A stretch of DNA of 64,000 nucleotides from an uncultured Candidatus Saccharibacteria bacterium (GTDB lineage Bacteria; Patescibacteriota; Saccharimonadia; Saccharimonadales; Saccharimonadaceae): the NCBI GenBank assembly GCA_937924995.1, contig CALEXY010000011.1, positions 11,598 through 75,597 of the forward strand, written 5' to 3'. Below the pieces are notes generated by a model. The model searched no databases, was not told where the DNA came from, and saw only the letters and a list, made by a program, of their open reading frames with translations. The position numbers and the translations under genes were made by a program. The first letter of the stretch is position 1. Each line of letters starts with the position of its first letter. This document shows positions 19,949-29,950 of the stretch, piece after piece.

Positions 19949-20581
19949 ATGAACGATTTTTTACTACTCACTATAAAACTACTCATCGGCTTTCTCGCTC
20001 TCATTATCATTATCAATATTACCGGTAAGGGAAATCTTGCACCGACTTCCGCCAGTGATCAAATTCAAAATTATGTACTTGGTGGTATTATTGGCGGCGT
20101 AATTTACAATAATAATATTTCTATTTTAGAATTCATCACCATCTTGGCTATCTGGTGTTTTTTGGTGCTTTCTCTAAAATGGATCAAAACTCACAACGTA
20201 CGCGTTAAACAAATTCTTGACGGAAAAGCATTAATCCTCGTTGATAATGGCAAGATTAATATTGATAATTGCCGAAAAATTAATCTTAGCGCCCATGATC
20301 TTGCTTTTAAATTACGCACTAATGGTGTTTATTCTACCGAAAAGGTTAAACGTGCTATTATTGAACAAAATGGTAGTCTACTAATTATCCATAAGGGCGA
20401 AGAAAACCCTAAATTTCCAATCATTACCGATGGTCAGATTCAATTTGATATTCTAGAAGTCATCGGCAAAAATGAAAGCTGGCTAAAGCAAGAACTTAAA
20501 AAACACGGGATTACACATCCTAGCCAAGTTTTTCTTGGTGAGTATGAAGACGGAAAAGCTACCTTTACTCCATATCAATAG
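19949..20581 (+). CDS. DUF421 (YetF-like) membrane protein
   Basis: GKGNLAPTSASDQIQNYVLGGIIGG, LRTNGV, IIEQNG, IITDGQI. Confidence 0.85.
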   Translation: MNDFLLLTIKLLIGFLALIIIINITGKGNLAPTSASDQIQNYVLGGIIGGVIYNNNISILEFITILAIWCFLVLSLKWIKTHNVRVKQILDGKALILVDNGKINIDNCRKINLSAHDLAFKLRTNGVYSTEKVKRAIIEQNGSLLIIHKGEENPKFPIITDGQIQFDILEVIGKNESWLKQELKKHGITHPSQVFLGEYEDGKATFTPYQ

Positions 20582-20665
20582 TGAGGACTTATCTAAATCA
20601 CTTGACAGTTTTCACAATGTTCCTTTATTATCGTTTATGTTTAATTTAAAAAAGGAGGCTATTTT

Positions 20666-20941
20666 ATGAAGTCGAATAATATTAAAAATAAAATCAATAC
20701 TATTGTGGGGTCAATCGGAGCCTTTATTGGTATCTTTGTTTTCATTGCTTATATTCCACAGATTATTGCAAACATCAGTGGATCCAAAGGTCAACCTTGG
20801 CAGCCAGCTATGGCCGCTTTCTCGTGCCTAATTTGGGTAATTTATGGCTGGACTAAAGAGCCGAAAAAAGATTACATTCTAATTATTCCAAATGCTTTTG
20901 GTGTTATTCTAGGATTTCTCGCTTTTATAACAGCTCTCTAG
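20666..20941 (+). CDS. SemiSWEET/PQ-loop family transporter
   Basis: 91 aa, 3 TM, AYIPQI, LIWVIYG, PNAFG; strong aaggagg RBS. Confidence 0.85.
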   Translation: MKSNNIKNKINTIVGSIGAFIGIFVFIAYIPQIIANISGSKGQPWQPAMAAFSCLIWVIYGWTKEPKKDYILIIPNAFGVILGFLAFITAL

Positions 20942-20954
20942 TCAAAAGGAAAAT

Positions 20955-21728
20955 ATGCAAAATTATCCCCCAAACAATTCCAAAAAGACTAAATCTACTC
21001 CAATCACTTATCGACGAATGCGTAGCCGCCTAGTAAAATATGGCGCTATTGGATTTATTCTCAATGCCGCCATTTACCTTATTACCGAATTTATTGCAGC
21101 TCTTGGCACCAATCAAGATCTAGGGTATGTCTACTCTAAGCAATTCATCAGTGCGCTGGGAGTGTATCCTGGACAAATCGCCGATGGCGTACCAAACAAT
21201 TTTTCACCCCTTGCTATAGTAATGAATCTAGGTTTCATCGTCACCGCTTTCGGTTTTTCTATTAGCTATGCCTTATTGCTATATCCAAAACTTAAAGACA
21301 GAAACACTAAACTAGCCTGCAGTTTAATGATGGTAGCCACACTATTCAGCATTGGTAGCCTCTTAGTCGGACTTTTTCAAGGTGGCGTACCCAATCAAGA
21401 TTCGTTACATGGCATTGGCACCAGATTATCATTCCTCATGGGGAATCTCACCCTATTTTTTACCGGTATTTTTCTAAAACCGAACCATAAAAGTTATCGT
21501 CTAACCGCTATCTTACTTTCAATTATTGGTATTAGTTTTGCATTTCTTCTTCAATACGCCATCACAAATAAGCTAACTGAGGTAGCCGCCATCTATGAGC
21601 GACTCACCGTCTACCCAATCATCGCCTGGGAACTAATTACTGGTATAATTTTCTTAAAAGAATCCATCCAAACCAAATATAATCTTGCGCCAAGGACTAA
21701 AAAGGAGAACAAAGATGAGACCGAATAA
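20955..21728 (+). CDS. DUF998-like membrane protein
   Basis: FISALG, SPLAIVMNLGF, LHGIG, YERLTVYP. Confidence 0.7.
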   Translation: MQNYPPNNSKKTKSTPITYRRMRSRLVKYGAIGFILNAAIYLITEFIAALGTNQDLGYVYSKQFISALGVYPGQIADGVPNNFSPLAIVMNLGFIVTAFGFSISYALLLYPKLKDRNTKLACSLMMVATLFSIGSLLVGLFQGGVPNQDSLHGIGTRLSFLMGNLTLFFTGIFLKPNHKSYRLTAILLSIIGISFAFLLQYAITNKLTEVAAIYERLTVYPIIAWELITGIIFLKESIQTKYNLAPRTKKENKDETE

Positions 21729-24700
21729 AGAACAGCAAGCCGCCATTGAATATCTAGGCGGACCACTTCTGGTTTTAGCTGGTCCAGGTACCGGTAAGAC
21801 GCAAATTATTTCTCAGCGCGTCGCTCACATCTTGAATGTTACCCAAACCAACCCAAGCAACATCCTTTGTCTCACTTTTACTGACGCCGCCGCCACCAAC
21901 ATGCGCGACCGTCTACGCACCGTGATCGGTAACTCCGCTGATGAATTGAACATCATGACCTATCACTCCTTCGGCAAAACCATCATTGGTCGCTACCAGA
22001 ATTATGCCACCAAAATTGAACGTTTATCCGAAAAAAATATTAGTCCCGTCGAAGCGGAGAATTTCTTCCAGCAACTTCTTGACGAGCTACCGATTACTAA
22101 TCCATTGCGAGCTAATAAAGCTAGCGAAGTATCCGGGTTAATCAATAAACTTAAAAATGCCAATCTCTCCATCGCCGACTTAACTACCATCCAGGAAGCC
22201 AATCAAAAAGATATAGAGAACCTCAATCAAGCGCTCGCTGCCACCACCATCGGTAAAGCCAGTAGTGGTAATTTTGAAAGTAAATGCAAGGAACGCTATT
22301 TTCCGATCCTTACCGTACTAGGCCAAGTCAGTTCTTCTCATGATCAAAATATCTTGCCGAACGTGCCGTATATTTCTAGCGAGCTTTATCGTCAAATGCT
22401 TGACCTTTATCAGTTAGAAATCGCCAAAGATAAACCTTCTATTGCGACCCTAAAAAAATTTACCGATAGTCATTTCACTTTAAACGCTAGCGGGGTTTGT
22501 TATTATAAACAAACTAACGATATCGTTAAATTTTCCACCATTCTAGATTTTTGCCAAAAATACCAAACCTATCTTGCCGAAAATCGCTTGATTGACTATG
22601 CTGATATGATTCTTGAGGCAATCAAGCATCTAGAAACTGATGCAGATTTTAAAGCCATGATGGCTGAGCAATTTCAATATATTATGCTCGATGAGTTTCA
22701 GGATTCCAATCCGGCGCAAGTTCGTTTAATCCAACTCATCACCGACTACGATAAACCAGAAATTATGGCCGTAGGCGATGACGACCAGACCATTTACGAA
22801 TTTCAAGGAGCACTTTCTTCTAATCTCGTCGATTTTTATCAGCATTATCACGCCAAAATTATCATTCTTAAAGAAAATTATCGTTCAACCAGTGAAATCC
22901 TGGCTTTGTCACGTAAAATTGCCGACCAAATCCCCGATAGTTTCATAAAATCCGAGTCCGTCCTAACCAGCCTAGGTGAAACTTCCGGTGACTTCACTAA
23001 AAATCTTCATGCCGCCAGAAACTCAGAATTATCAAAAATCACTAGTGATGATCAGACACTTCAACCGATTAATCATCCAAACACTCGTATTTCTCGCCAT
23101 CACTTCAGTGATACCATTTCTGAATATCAGTGGGTCGCTGAAACCATCCATAATCTTATCCAAAGTGGGGAAGAGCAAAAAAATATTGCCATTATCGCCC
23201 GAAAACACGATATCTTGAAGGCAATACTGCCATATCTTCGCAAATACGACAATATTAACGTCACTTACGAGCGAAAAGAAAATATTCTTGAAGATGCCAA
23301 AATCAAAGAACTTCATGACCTACTTCGTGTCGTTCATCAGCTCGCATCAGGTCAAGACCCCCTTGATTTACTTGCAGAAATTATGAGCGCCGACTATCTC
23401 GGACTTAATCCACTTGATTTTGTGCAACTAGTTCACACTGGATATCACGACCATCGTCATTTTCTTGATTATTTGCTCGGATATCAAAAACTTCCCGCCG
23501 TAAGAAATTTCGCCAAATTCCTCGCTGAACTTGCTAAAAAATCTCTCACCTCGTCTGTCGAAGATATGATAAATTTCCTCATCAACTTAAAACCAGTTTA
23601 TCTTGATCTTGATCCTGAAACTTCAGAAGCAAATTCTGGGTCCGCCATCATTGATCCATTCGAGACCAGCTCAGAATCTACCAATTTCTCCAAAAAATCT
23701 CTCTATATTTCACCATTTTTACCAAATCTTGATTATGAAAATCCGGAAACTCTAGCTAAACAACTAACCTCCAAAGAAGTTCGCCAGATGGTAGATTTTT
23801 ACCAAAATCTCGCCACCTTGAAAGAGGAATTTTACAATTTCACCAAGTCTGAACATCCAAAGCTTGCCGACTACATCGATTTTCTTGATAAATATCAAGC
23901 CACCAATACTGCCATCCAAAAATCTGCAATTTTTTCCGATGATCAAAACGCCGTCACTCTAATCTCCGCCCATAAATCTAAAGGTCTTGAATTTAAACAC
24001 GTCTTTCTCCTTGATCTTTCGGATGCTCATTGGAATCAAAACCGTGGATCACAGGGAATTAAACCACCTTTTAATCTGACTTTTGTCAATGGCGCTACCG
24101 AAAGTGAAGGATGCAATCTACGTCTCCTCTTTGTGGCCATGACTCGTGCTGCTAAATCTCTCACTATGACCAGTGCCACCATTAATCACAACCAGAGCGC
24201 TACCAAGCCACTTGGTATGATGATGGAAATCAATGAGGAAAAAATTATTAAAACTTCTCCGTTACTAGAAGCGCCTGAAATTTTCCAGCACCCGTCCAAT
24301 AATTCTGAAATTACCGAATTACAACATCTAAAATCTACCTGGCTCGACAAATATCTCGATCCAAAAGACGATTTACTCAAATACCTTCACGCCAAAGCCG
24401 ATAATATTTGGCTTTCCGCCACTGATGTTTCGAATTTCATAGACCTCGAATATAACGGTCCACTCAATTTCTACCGCAACCGTTTAATTGGCGCACCACG
24501 CAGTATTGAAAATGTGGTGAATATTGAAAAGGGTAATCTAATCCACAAATGTTTTGAGATGATTACTAACCAGAAAATCACCGCCGAGCAAGCCCTCGAA
24601 TATTACCTTGAAACTGCCAAAAATCTTGATCTTTCGGAGCGTGAAATCGAAGATCTCATTACCATTGGTAAAACCGAATTGCTTCAAAGTATCGAGTATT

Positions 24701-25254
24701 TCCACGACATTCTCTTTGACGAACATGCTAAGGCCGAAGTTTCATTTAGTCATGAAAAACTTTCCTTTGAAGGCGTCCCTATCACCGGTACCATCGATCA
24801 TCTTACCATCGATGAACAGAATAAAACTATTCGCATCTACGATTTCAAAACCTCAACCAGTATACAGGAAAAGGATACTTGGAAAAATAACAAAAAACTT
24901 TTCATCTATACAATTCAGCTGCTTTTCTACTACTACCTCGTCACCACTTCGCCAACTTATAAAAATTACACAATCGAATCCATGAGCTTACTTTTCGTTC
25001 TTCCAAGCTATAAAAACGTCAAACCAGGCGAGCCAGGTGAATTCTTCGAAAAAACTATCACTAAATCTGAGATCGCCGAATTTGATATCAACATTCCGAA
25101 ACTCATTCACGCTATTCGTCATCAACTATATACCTTAGATTTCCTTAATACTGATTCTTTTGCCTGTAAACCAGTCGGATACACCACCAAGAAAGCTGAG
25201 ATTATCGACTTCGCCAACCAGCTCATCGCCGACTATGATAAAATTAAAGAGTAA
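21715..25254 (+). CDS. UvrD/PcrA-family helicase fused to a C-terminal PD-(D/E)XK nuclease
   Basis: AGPGTGKT, LDEFQD, VGDDDQTIY, ENYRS, HKSKGLEF, VAMTRA; GTID..IYDFKT...QLLFY. Confidence 0.92.
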   Translation: MRPNKEQQAAIEYLGGPLLVLAGPGTGKTQIISQRVAHILNVTQTNPSNILCLTFTDAAATNMRDRLRTVIGNSADELNIMTYHSFGKTIIGRYQNYATKIERLSEKNISPVEAENFFQQLLDELPITNPLRANKASEVSGLINKLKNANLSIADLTTIQEANQKDIENLNQALAATTIGKASSGNFESKCKERYFPILTVLGQVSSSHDQNILPNVPYISSELYRQMLDLYQLEIAKDKPSIATLKKFTDSHFTLNASGVCYYKQTNDIVKFSTILDFCQKYQTYLAENRLIDYADMILEAIKHLETDADFKAMMAEQFQYIMLDEFQDSNPAQVRLIQLITDYDKPEIMAVGDDDQTIYEFQGALSSNLVDFYQHYHAKIIILKENYRSTSEILALSRKIADQIPDSFIKSESVLTSLGETSGDFTKNLHAARNSELSKITSDDQTLQPINHPNTRISRHHFSDTISEYQWVAETIHNLIQSGEEQKNIAIIARKHDILKAILPYLRKYDNINVTYERKENILEDAKIKELHDLLRVVHQLASGQDPLDLLAEIMSADYLGLNPLDFVQLVHTGYHDHRHFLDYLLGYQKLPAVRNFAKFLAELAKKSLTSSVEDMINFLINLKPVYLDLDPETSEANSGSAIIDPFETSSESTNFSKKSLYISPFLPNLDYENPETLAKQLTSKEVRQMVDFYQNLATLKEEFYNFTKSEHPKLADYIDFLDKYQATNTAIQKSAIFSDDQNAVTLISAHKSKGLEFKHVFLLDLSDAHWNQNRGSQGIKPPFNLTFVNGATESEGCNLRLLFVAMTRAAKSLTMTSATINHNQSATKPLGMMMEINEEKIIKTSPLLEAPEIFQHPSNNSEITELQHLKSTWLDKYLDPKDDLLKYLHAKADNIWLSATDVSNFIDLEYNGPLNFYRNRLIGAPRSIENVVNIEKGNLIHKCFEMITNQKITAEQALEYYLETAKNLDLSEREIEDLITIGKTELLQSIEYFHDILFDEHAKAEVSFSHEKLSFEGVPITGTIDHLTIDEQNKTIRIYDFKTSTSIQEKDTWKNNKKLFIYTIQLLFYYYLVTTSPTYKNYTIESMSLLFVLPSYKNVKPGEPGEFFEKTITKSEIAEFDINIPKLIHAIRHQLYTLDFLNTDSFACKPVGYTTKKAEIIDFANQLIADYDKIKE

Positions 25255-26240
25255 TGTATCAAAATTTTTCAGAATTTCTCCAAAACAAAAGCAAAATCTG
25301 TATCATTCAAGCCGAAAATCCCGACGGCGATTCACTAGGTTCCAGCTTAGCGCTCGAGTCTCTCCTTGAAGACAAGGAAATTTCACTTTATTGCCCGGTC
25401 AATGTTCCAAAATATCTCCGCTATTTTTCTGGCTGGGAACGCGTTGATCAAAATTTTGATTATCATGCAGATGGCTACATCATTGTCGATACCGCCGCCA
25501 CTATTCTGCTTAGCAAACTACTTGATGATTTGGTTATCCGAAATATTCTTTATACTAAACCAATTTTCGTCATCGACCATCATGAAACTGACGATGATTT
25601 AGACTTTCCACACCAAAGCATTATCGAACATTTGCCATCTTGCACTAATCTGATTTACAAAATCGCCATTGATCAGAATATCAAAATCAATCAACCAGCC
25701 GCTGAAAATATCTTCCAAGGCTTACTTTCCGATACTCTTGGCCTCACCACCGCTGGTGTCACCGCTGATACTTTCCGCGTCGCTGCCCATCTTACCGAAC
25801 TTGGCGCCGACATTAATAAGCTCGAAGAAAATCGCAAAGAATACATGAAGAAATCGCGCCGTATTCTTGATTATAAGGCCGACCTCATTAAGCGCATCGA
25901 ATATAGCCTCGATGATAAGCTTTCCACCATCCATATTCCTTGGTCTGATATTACAGAATTTTCTGATGAGTATAATCCAAACGCTCTTATTCTCGAAGAG
26001 ATGAAGATGGTTGAAGGTGTCGAAGTCGCCGTGGCCATCAAGACTTACCCAGACGGTAAAGTTACTGGTAAGATTCGCACCTCGAAGCCAATCGCCGACA
26101 AGGTCGCTGGCTATTTTGGTGGTGGTGGACACCCATTTGCCGCTGGCTTTCGCACTTATGACGCCACTTATGATGACGTATTACGTGATTTAGTTTTCTG
26201 TTGCAATGATTTACTTTTTAAATCTGAAGAAACTAATTAA
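25254..26240 (+). CDS. DHH/DHHA1 phosphoesterase (NrnA-like nanoRNase)
   Basis: PDGDSLGS, IVDT, IDHH, SDT, GGGGHPFAAG. Confidence 0.9.
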   Translation: MYQNFSEFLQNKSKICIIQAENPDGDSLGSSLALESLLEDKEISLYCPVNVPKYLRYFSGWERVDQNFDYHADGYIIVDTAATILLSKLLDDLVIRNILYTKPIFVIDHHETDDDLDFPHQSIIEHLPSCTNLIYKIAIDQNIKINQPAAENIFQGLLSDTLGLTTAGVTADTFRVAAHLTELGADINKLEENRKEYMKKSRRILDYKADLIKRIEYSLDDKLSTIHIPWSDITEFSDEYNPNALILEEMKMVEGVEVAVAIKTYPDGKVTGKIRTSKPIADKVAGYFGGGGHPFAAGFRTYDATYDDVLRDLVFCCNDLLFKSEETN

Positions 26241-26252
26241 TCGAGAAATATC

Positions 26253-27668
26253 ATGACTAAACTTCACTTATTCAATACCAAAACTCGCAAAATCGAAGAG
26301 TTCATTCCTCAAAATCCCGAAAACGTCAAAATCTATACCTGTGGCCCTACCGTCTACAGTTTCGCGCACATTGGAAATTTTGCTAGCTATATCTACTGGG
26401 ATTTATTAGTACGCACTCTCAAAATTAATCATCTCACACCGCACCGCATTATTAATATTACCGATGTCGGGCATCTTGCCTCTGATGCCGACGACGGGGA
26501 AGATAAGCTTGAAAAGGGTGCCAAGCGTGAAAATAAAACCGTTTGGGAAATCGCCAAATTTTATGAAGCAGCCTTTATTCAAGATTTTAATGCCCTAAAT
26601 TTACTCCCACCAACTAAATTCTGCCGCGCCACCGATTATATTCATGAAGATCTTGAAGTAATAAACACCTTAATCCAGCGTGGATATACCTATGAAACCT
26701 CCGATGGCATTTATTTTGATACCAGCAAATTTGCTACCTATCCCGATTTTGCCAGACTCGACCTCGACAATCTTCGTGCCGGCGCTCGCGTCGATTTTAA
26801 TTCCGAAAAACGCAACGTCTCCGATTTTGCTATCTGGAAATTTATTAAACCTGGTGAAGATCATGCTATGCAATGGGACTTTCAGGATAAAAAAGGTTAT
26901 CCAGGCTGGCATCTTGAATGCTCCACTATTTCACACTACGAATTAGGTGAGCCACTCGATATTCATGCCGGCGGTATCGACCATATTCCGATTCATCACA
27001 CCAATGAAATCGCCCAATCGGAAGCTGCTTTTGGTAAAACTATGGCTAATTACTGGCTCCACGCCAATTTCATCACCATTGATAATCAAAAAATTAGCAA
27101 ATCCCTTGGCAATACTTATTCGATTCAAGATCTAAAAGACCGCGGCTTCTCACCACTCGACTTTAAGCTCTGGATTTTGCAAGGACATTATCAATCCGAA
27201 CGAAATTTCACTTTCGAAGGCCTTGCGGCTGCCAAAAATCGACGCCTACATTGGCTAAATCGCCTTGCGAAAACCCTGCAGGAAACTGCTACCATCGAAA
27301 ATCAAGCTGCTCTTCTTACTAAGATTCAACAAGATCACTATCAAACTACGGAATTACAAGAAAAACTCATCGCCATCATTAATCAGAACCTTAACTCCGC
27401 TGAGGTCTTTGCTGAAATTGATCAAAATGAATTAAGTTTAGATGATTGGCGTTTTGTCGATGAACTATTCGGGCTTCGCTTCTTCGATAGTCTAATTCTA
27501 CCATCCGCCAAAATTCAAAAACTCATTCGTGAGCGCGCCGAAGCTAAACAAAATAAAGACTACGCCAAGGCCGACCAGATTCGTGAAGATTTAAAAGCCC
27601 ATAATTTTAGTATTTTAGACACCAATCAAGCCAGTTTCTGGCAATATCTTGAAGCACCAATGCTATAA
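26253..27668 (+). CDS. cysS: Cysteine--tRNA ligase
   Basis: CGPTVY, HIGN, GYPGWHLEC, HHTNE, KISKS. Confidence 0.97.
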   Translation: MTKLHLFNTKTRKIEEFIPQNPENVKIYTCGPTVYSFAHIGNFASYIYWDLLVRTLKINHLTPHRIINITDVGHLASDADDGEDKLEKGAKRENKTVWEIAKFYEAAFIQDFNALNLLPPTKFCRATDYIHEDLEVINTLIQRGYTYETSDGIYFDTSKFATYPDFARLDLDNLRAGARVDFNSEKRNVSDFAIWKFIKPGEDHAMQWDFQDKKGYPGWHLECSTISHYELGEPLDIHAGGIDHIPIHHTNEIAQSEAAFGKTMANYWLHANFITIDNQKISKSLGNTYSIQDLKDRGFSPLDFKLWILQGHYQSERNFTFEGLAAAKNRRLHWLNRLAKTLQETATIENQAALLTKIQQDHYQTTELQEKLIAIINQNLNSAEVFAEIDQNELSLDDWRFVDELFGLRFFDSLILPSAKIQKLIRERAEAKQNKDYAKADQIREDLKAHNFSILDTNQASFWQYLEAPML

Positions 27669-27684
27669 TCAAATAAAGGAGTAT

Positions 27685-28776
27685 ATGTCACGCACAATTG
27701 ATATCGACACAAAAACATTTGTCCGCTTCTGGCTAGTCTTAATCGCTTTTGCCGCCGCCGGATTTTTCATTATTAAAGCTGCCGGCGGTCTAATCATCGT
27801 CGGAATTTCCGCTTTTCTAGCGATTTCTCTCCATCCACTAGCTAAACAAATCGATAAAATCGACAAACGTAAAAGTCGCCCAGGACTTTCTTCCGCATTA
27901 GCAGTTTTTTCGATTGCACTAGCTTTTGCCATTATCGTGGGAGTGATTGGTCCGGTTATTGTCGAGCAAGTTTCTAATTTTCTCGCTACCGCACCTGCTA
28001 AGATTTCGGAAGTTATCAACCATTTAGATATTAATGGTATTGGTAATTATTTTGGAATCTCCAATCTTCAAGATAGTTTAACTTCCGGTATTAAAAGTTT
28101 CAGTAGTACTATGCTCGGAAATATTAGCAATATTGCTGTCGGCAGTATCGGCGCCATTAGCAATATCATTACTAGTGTGATTCTTACCATTGTTCTTACC
28201 ATCCTCTTCATGCTTGAAGGCCCGACCATGATGCAAGATTTTTGGCGTGTCATGGCAGTCAAAGATAAAAAATCCGCCCACGTCTGGCAGCGCGTCATTA
28301 CTCGTATGGGCAATGTGGTAGCAGCCTACGTCTCTTCTCAGGTCTTTATCGCCCTCCTCGACGGCCTTATGACTATGCTCGGCGTTTTTATCATCACTCT
28401 CATCTTCAATCTTCCAGTTACACTCGCAGTACCTCTCGGCCTCATTTCCTTCCTCTTCTTCCTCATTCCAATGTTTGGCCCGGTCATCGGCTGTATCTTG
28501 AATACCACTCTACTTTTCATTAACGCCCCAGGCGCCGCTATCGCTTTCTTCATTTTCTACCTCATCTATCAGCAAATTGAAAATAACATCATCGGCCCAC
28601 GTATCCAGGGCAAAGGACTCAATCTTCCTCCGCTTGCCATCTTAATTTCGATTACTATCGGTATGTACGCCTTCGGCCTGATTGGCTGTATTGTGGCTAT
28701 CCCTATCGCTGGCTGTATTAAAATTCTTTTCGAAGAAGCCTCCAATATCCGCGCTACGCTCGATGACGAAAAATAA
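27685..28776 (+). CDS. AI-2E family transporter
   Basis: Multi-TM; FLIPMFGP, QQIENNIIGP, GLIGCIVAIP; aaggag RBS. Confidence 0.88.
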   Translation: MSRTIDIDTKTFVRFWLVLIAFAAAGFFIIKAAGGLIIVGISAFLAISLHPLAKQIDKIDKRKSRPGLSSALAVFSIALAFAIIVGVIGPVIVEQVSNFLATAPAKISEVINHLDINGIGNYFGISNLQDSLTSGIKSFSSTMLGNISNIAVGSIGAISNIITSVILTIVLTILFMLEGPTMMQDFWRVMAVKDKKSAHVWQRVITRMGNVVAAYVSSQVFIALLDGLMTMLGVFIITLIFNLPVTLAVPLGLISFLFFLIPMFGPVIGCILNTTLLFINAPGAAIAFFIFYLIYQQIENNIIGPRIQGKGLNLPPLAILISITIGMYAFGLIGCIVAIPIAGCIKILFEEASNIRATLDDEK

Positions 28777-28887
28777 TTAAAATCCTAGATCTAGTCCAAG
28801 ATTAAAAAATGAATCATCCTGATTCGCTTGACTAGTCATTCAAAATTTCACATAATTAATAAGCACTTAAAAAGGAAAAAATTTACT

Positions 28888-29259
28888 ATGGAACAAGTTT
28901 TACCATTTCTTGAAGGAATGTTTTATATTGCAACTACCGATGGCGACCAGCCACATCTTCGCATTTTTGATGCTGCTGGCATTCTCGACGGCCATCTCTA
29001 CATTGGCACCAAATCTAACAAACAGGTTTACGCTCAAATCGAAAAAAATCCTAAGGTCGAAATTTACGTCTTTAGCAACGAACTTGGCCTCATGCGTTTC
29101 ACCGCTGAAGCTAAAACTGTTGCCGACAAGGAATTAAACCAAAAAGCTTACGAATCTACCGGCAAGACCTACGACGAAACTTCTGCTGCTATTGAGCTCA
29201 CCAATGTTCGTGGTTCTATCAAAACTAAGGACGGCGAAACCGTAGAACTTAATTTCTAA
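28888..29259 (+). CDS. Pyridoxamine 5'-phosphate oxidase-like FMN-binding protein
   Basis: FYIATTDGDQPHLR, TKSNKQVYAQIEKNPKVEI; TTGACT-N17-CATAAT promoter upstream. Confidence 0.85.
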   Translation: MEQVLPFLEGMFYIATTDGDQPHLRIFDAAGILDGHLYIGTKSNKQVYAQIEKNPKVEIYVFSNELGLMRFTAEAKTVADKELNQKAYESTGKTYDETSAAIELTNVRGSIKTKDGETVELNF

Positions 29260-29260
29260 G

Positions 29261-29944
29261 ATGGACAAGCAAGTTAGAAAACGTAATCTCTTAATTTATT
29301 TCACCGCCATCTCGGCTGGAATCCTTTTAATCTCAAACTTGGCTGCGACCAAGCTTTGGGATCTCTTTGGCATTCCAGTCGATGGGGGTGTAATTAGCTT
29401 TCCAATTTCCTACATTCTCGGTGATATTATCATTGAATTTTACGGACAAAAGACTGCCAAACACATCATTCTCGGCAGCCTCTTAGTCAATATTATCGCT
29501 GCGCTCACTTTCTGGATTGTCATCGCCCTGCCACCATTCGCTGGTACGGAAGGCATGCAAGAATCAATTGCCAATGTCCTAGGTTTTGCACCACGCATTA
29601 TCATCGGCTCACTTACCGCCTACCTATTTTCACAATTTTCCAACAACTACATTTTCGAAAAAATTAAACAAAAGACTGGCCAAAAACTCTTCATCGTCCG
29701 CGCCCTCACCTCTTCTTTTGTCGCACATTTTTTCGATACTTTAGTCTTTGAAATTGTCGCCTTCCTCGGCGTCTTGGCTTTTTCTGATTTTCTAAATCAA
29801 GCCATCTTCGCTTACATTATAGGCATCGGTATCGAAATCGTCTTGTCCCCAGTCGAAATCTTAATCGTAAAAAATCTCCGCAAATACATTCCAGCCCATA
29901 AAGTTGAAATCGCAAAAATCGCGGACCAAGCGACTGAAAAATAG
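29261..29944 (+). CDS. yhhQ: Queuosine precursor transporter (YhhQ/VUT, DUF165)
   Basis: SNLAATK, GVISFPISYILGDIIIEFYG, PRIIIGSLTAYLFSQ, RALTSS..DT; next to tgt. Confidence 0.9.
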   Translation: MDKQVRKRNLLIYFTAISAGILLISNLAATKLWDLFGIPVDGGVISFPISYILGDIIIEFYGQKTAKHIILGSLLVNIIAALTFWIVIALPPFAGTEGMQESIANVLGFAPRIIIGSLTAYLFSQFSNNYIFEKIKQKTGQKLFIVRALTSSFVAHFFDTLVFEIVAFLGVLAFSDFLNQAIFAYIIGIGIEIVLSPVEILIVKNLRKYIPAHKVEIAKIADQATEK

Positions 29945-29950
29945 GGAATC

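Noticed and set aside
28777..28887. preQ1 riboswitch upstream of yhhQ-tgt
   Set aside because: No preQ1 stem-loop with A-rich pseudoknot tail; only a sigma70 promoter with a short TGACTAGTCA palindrome
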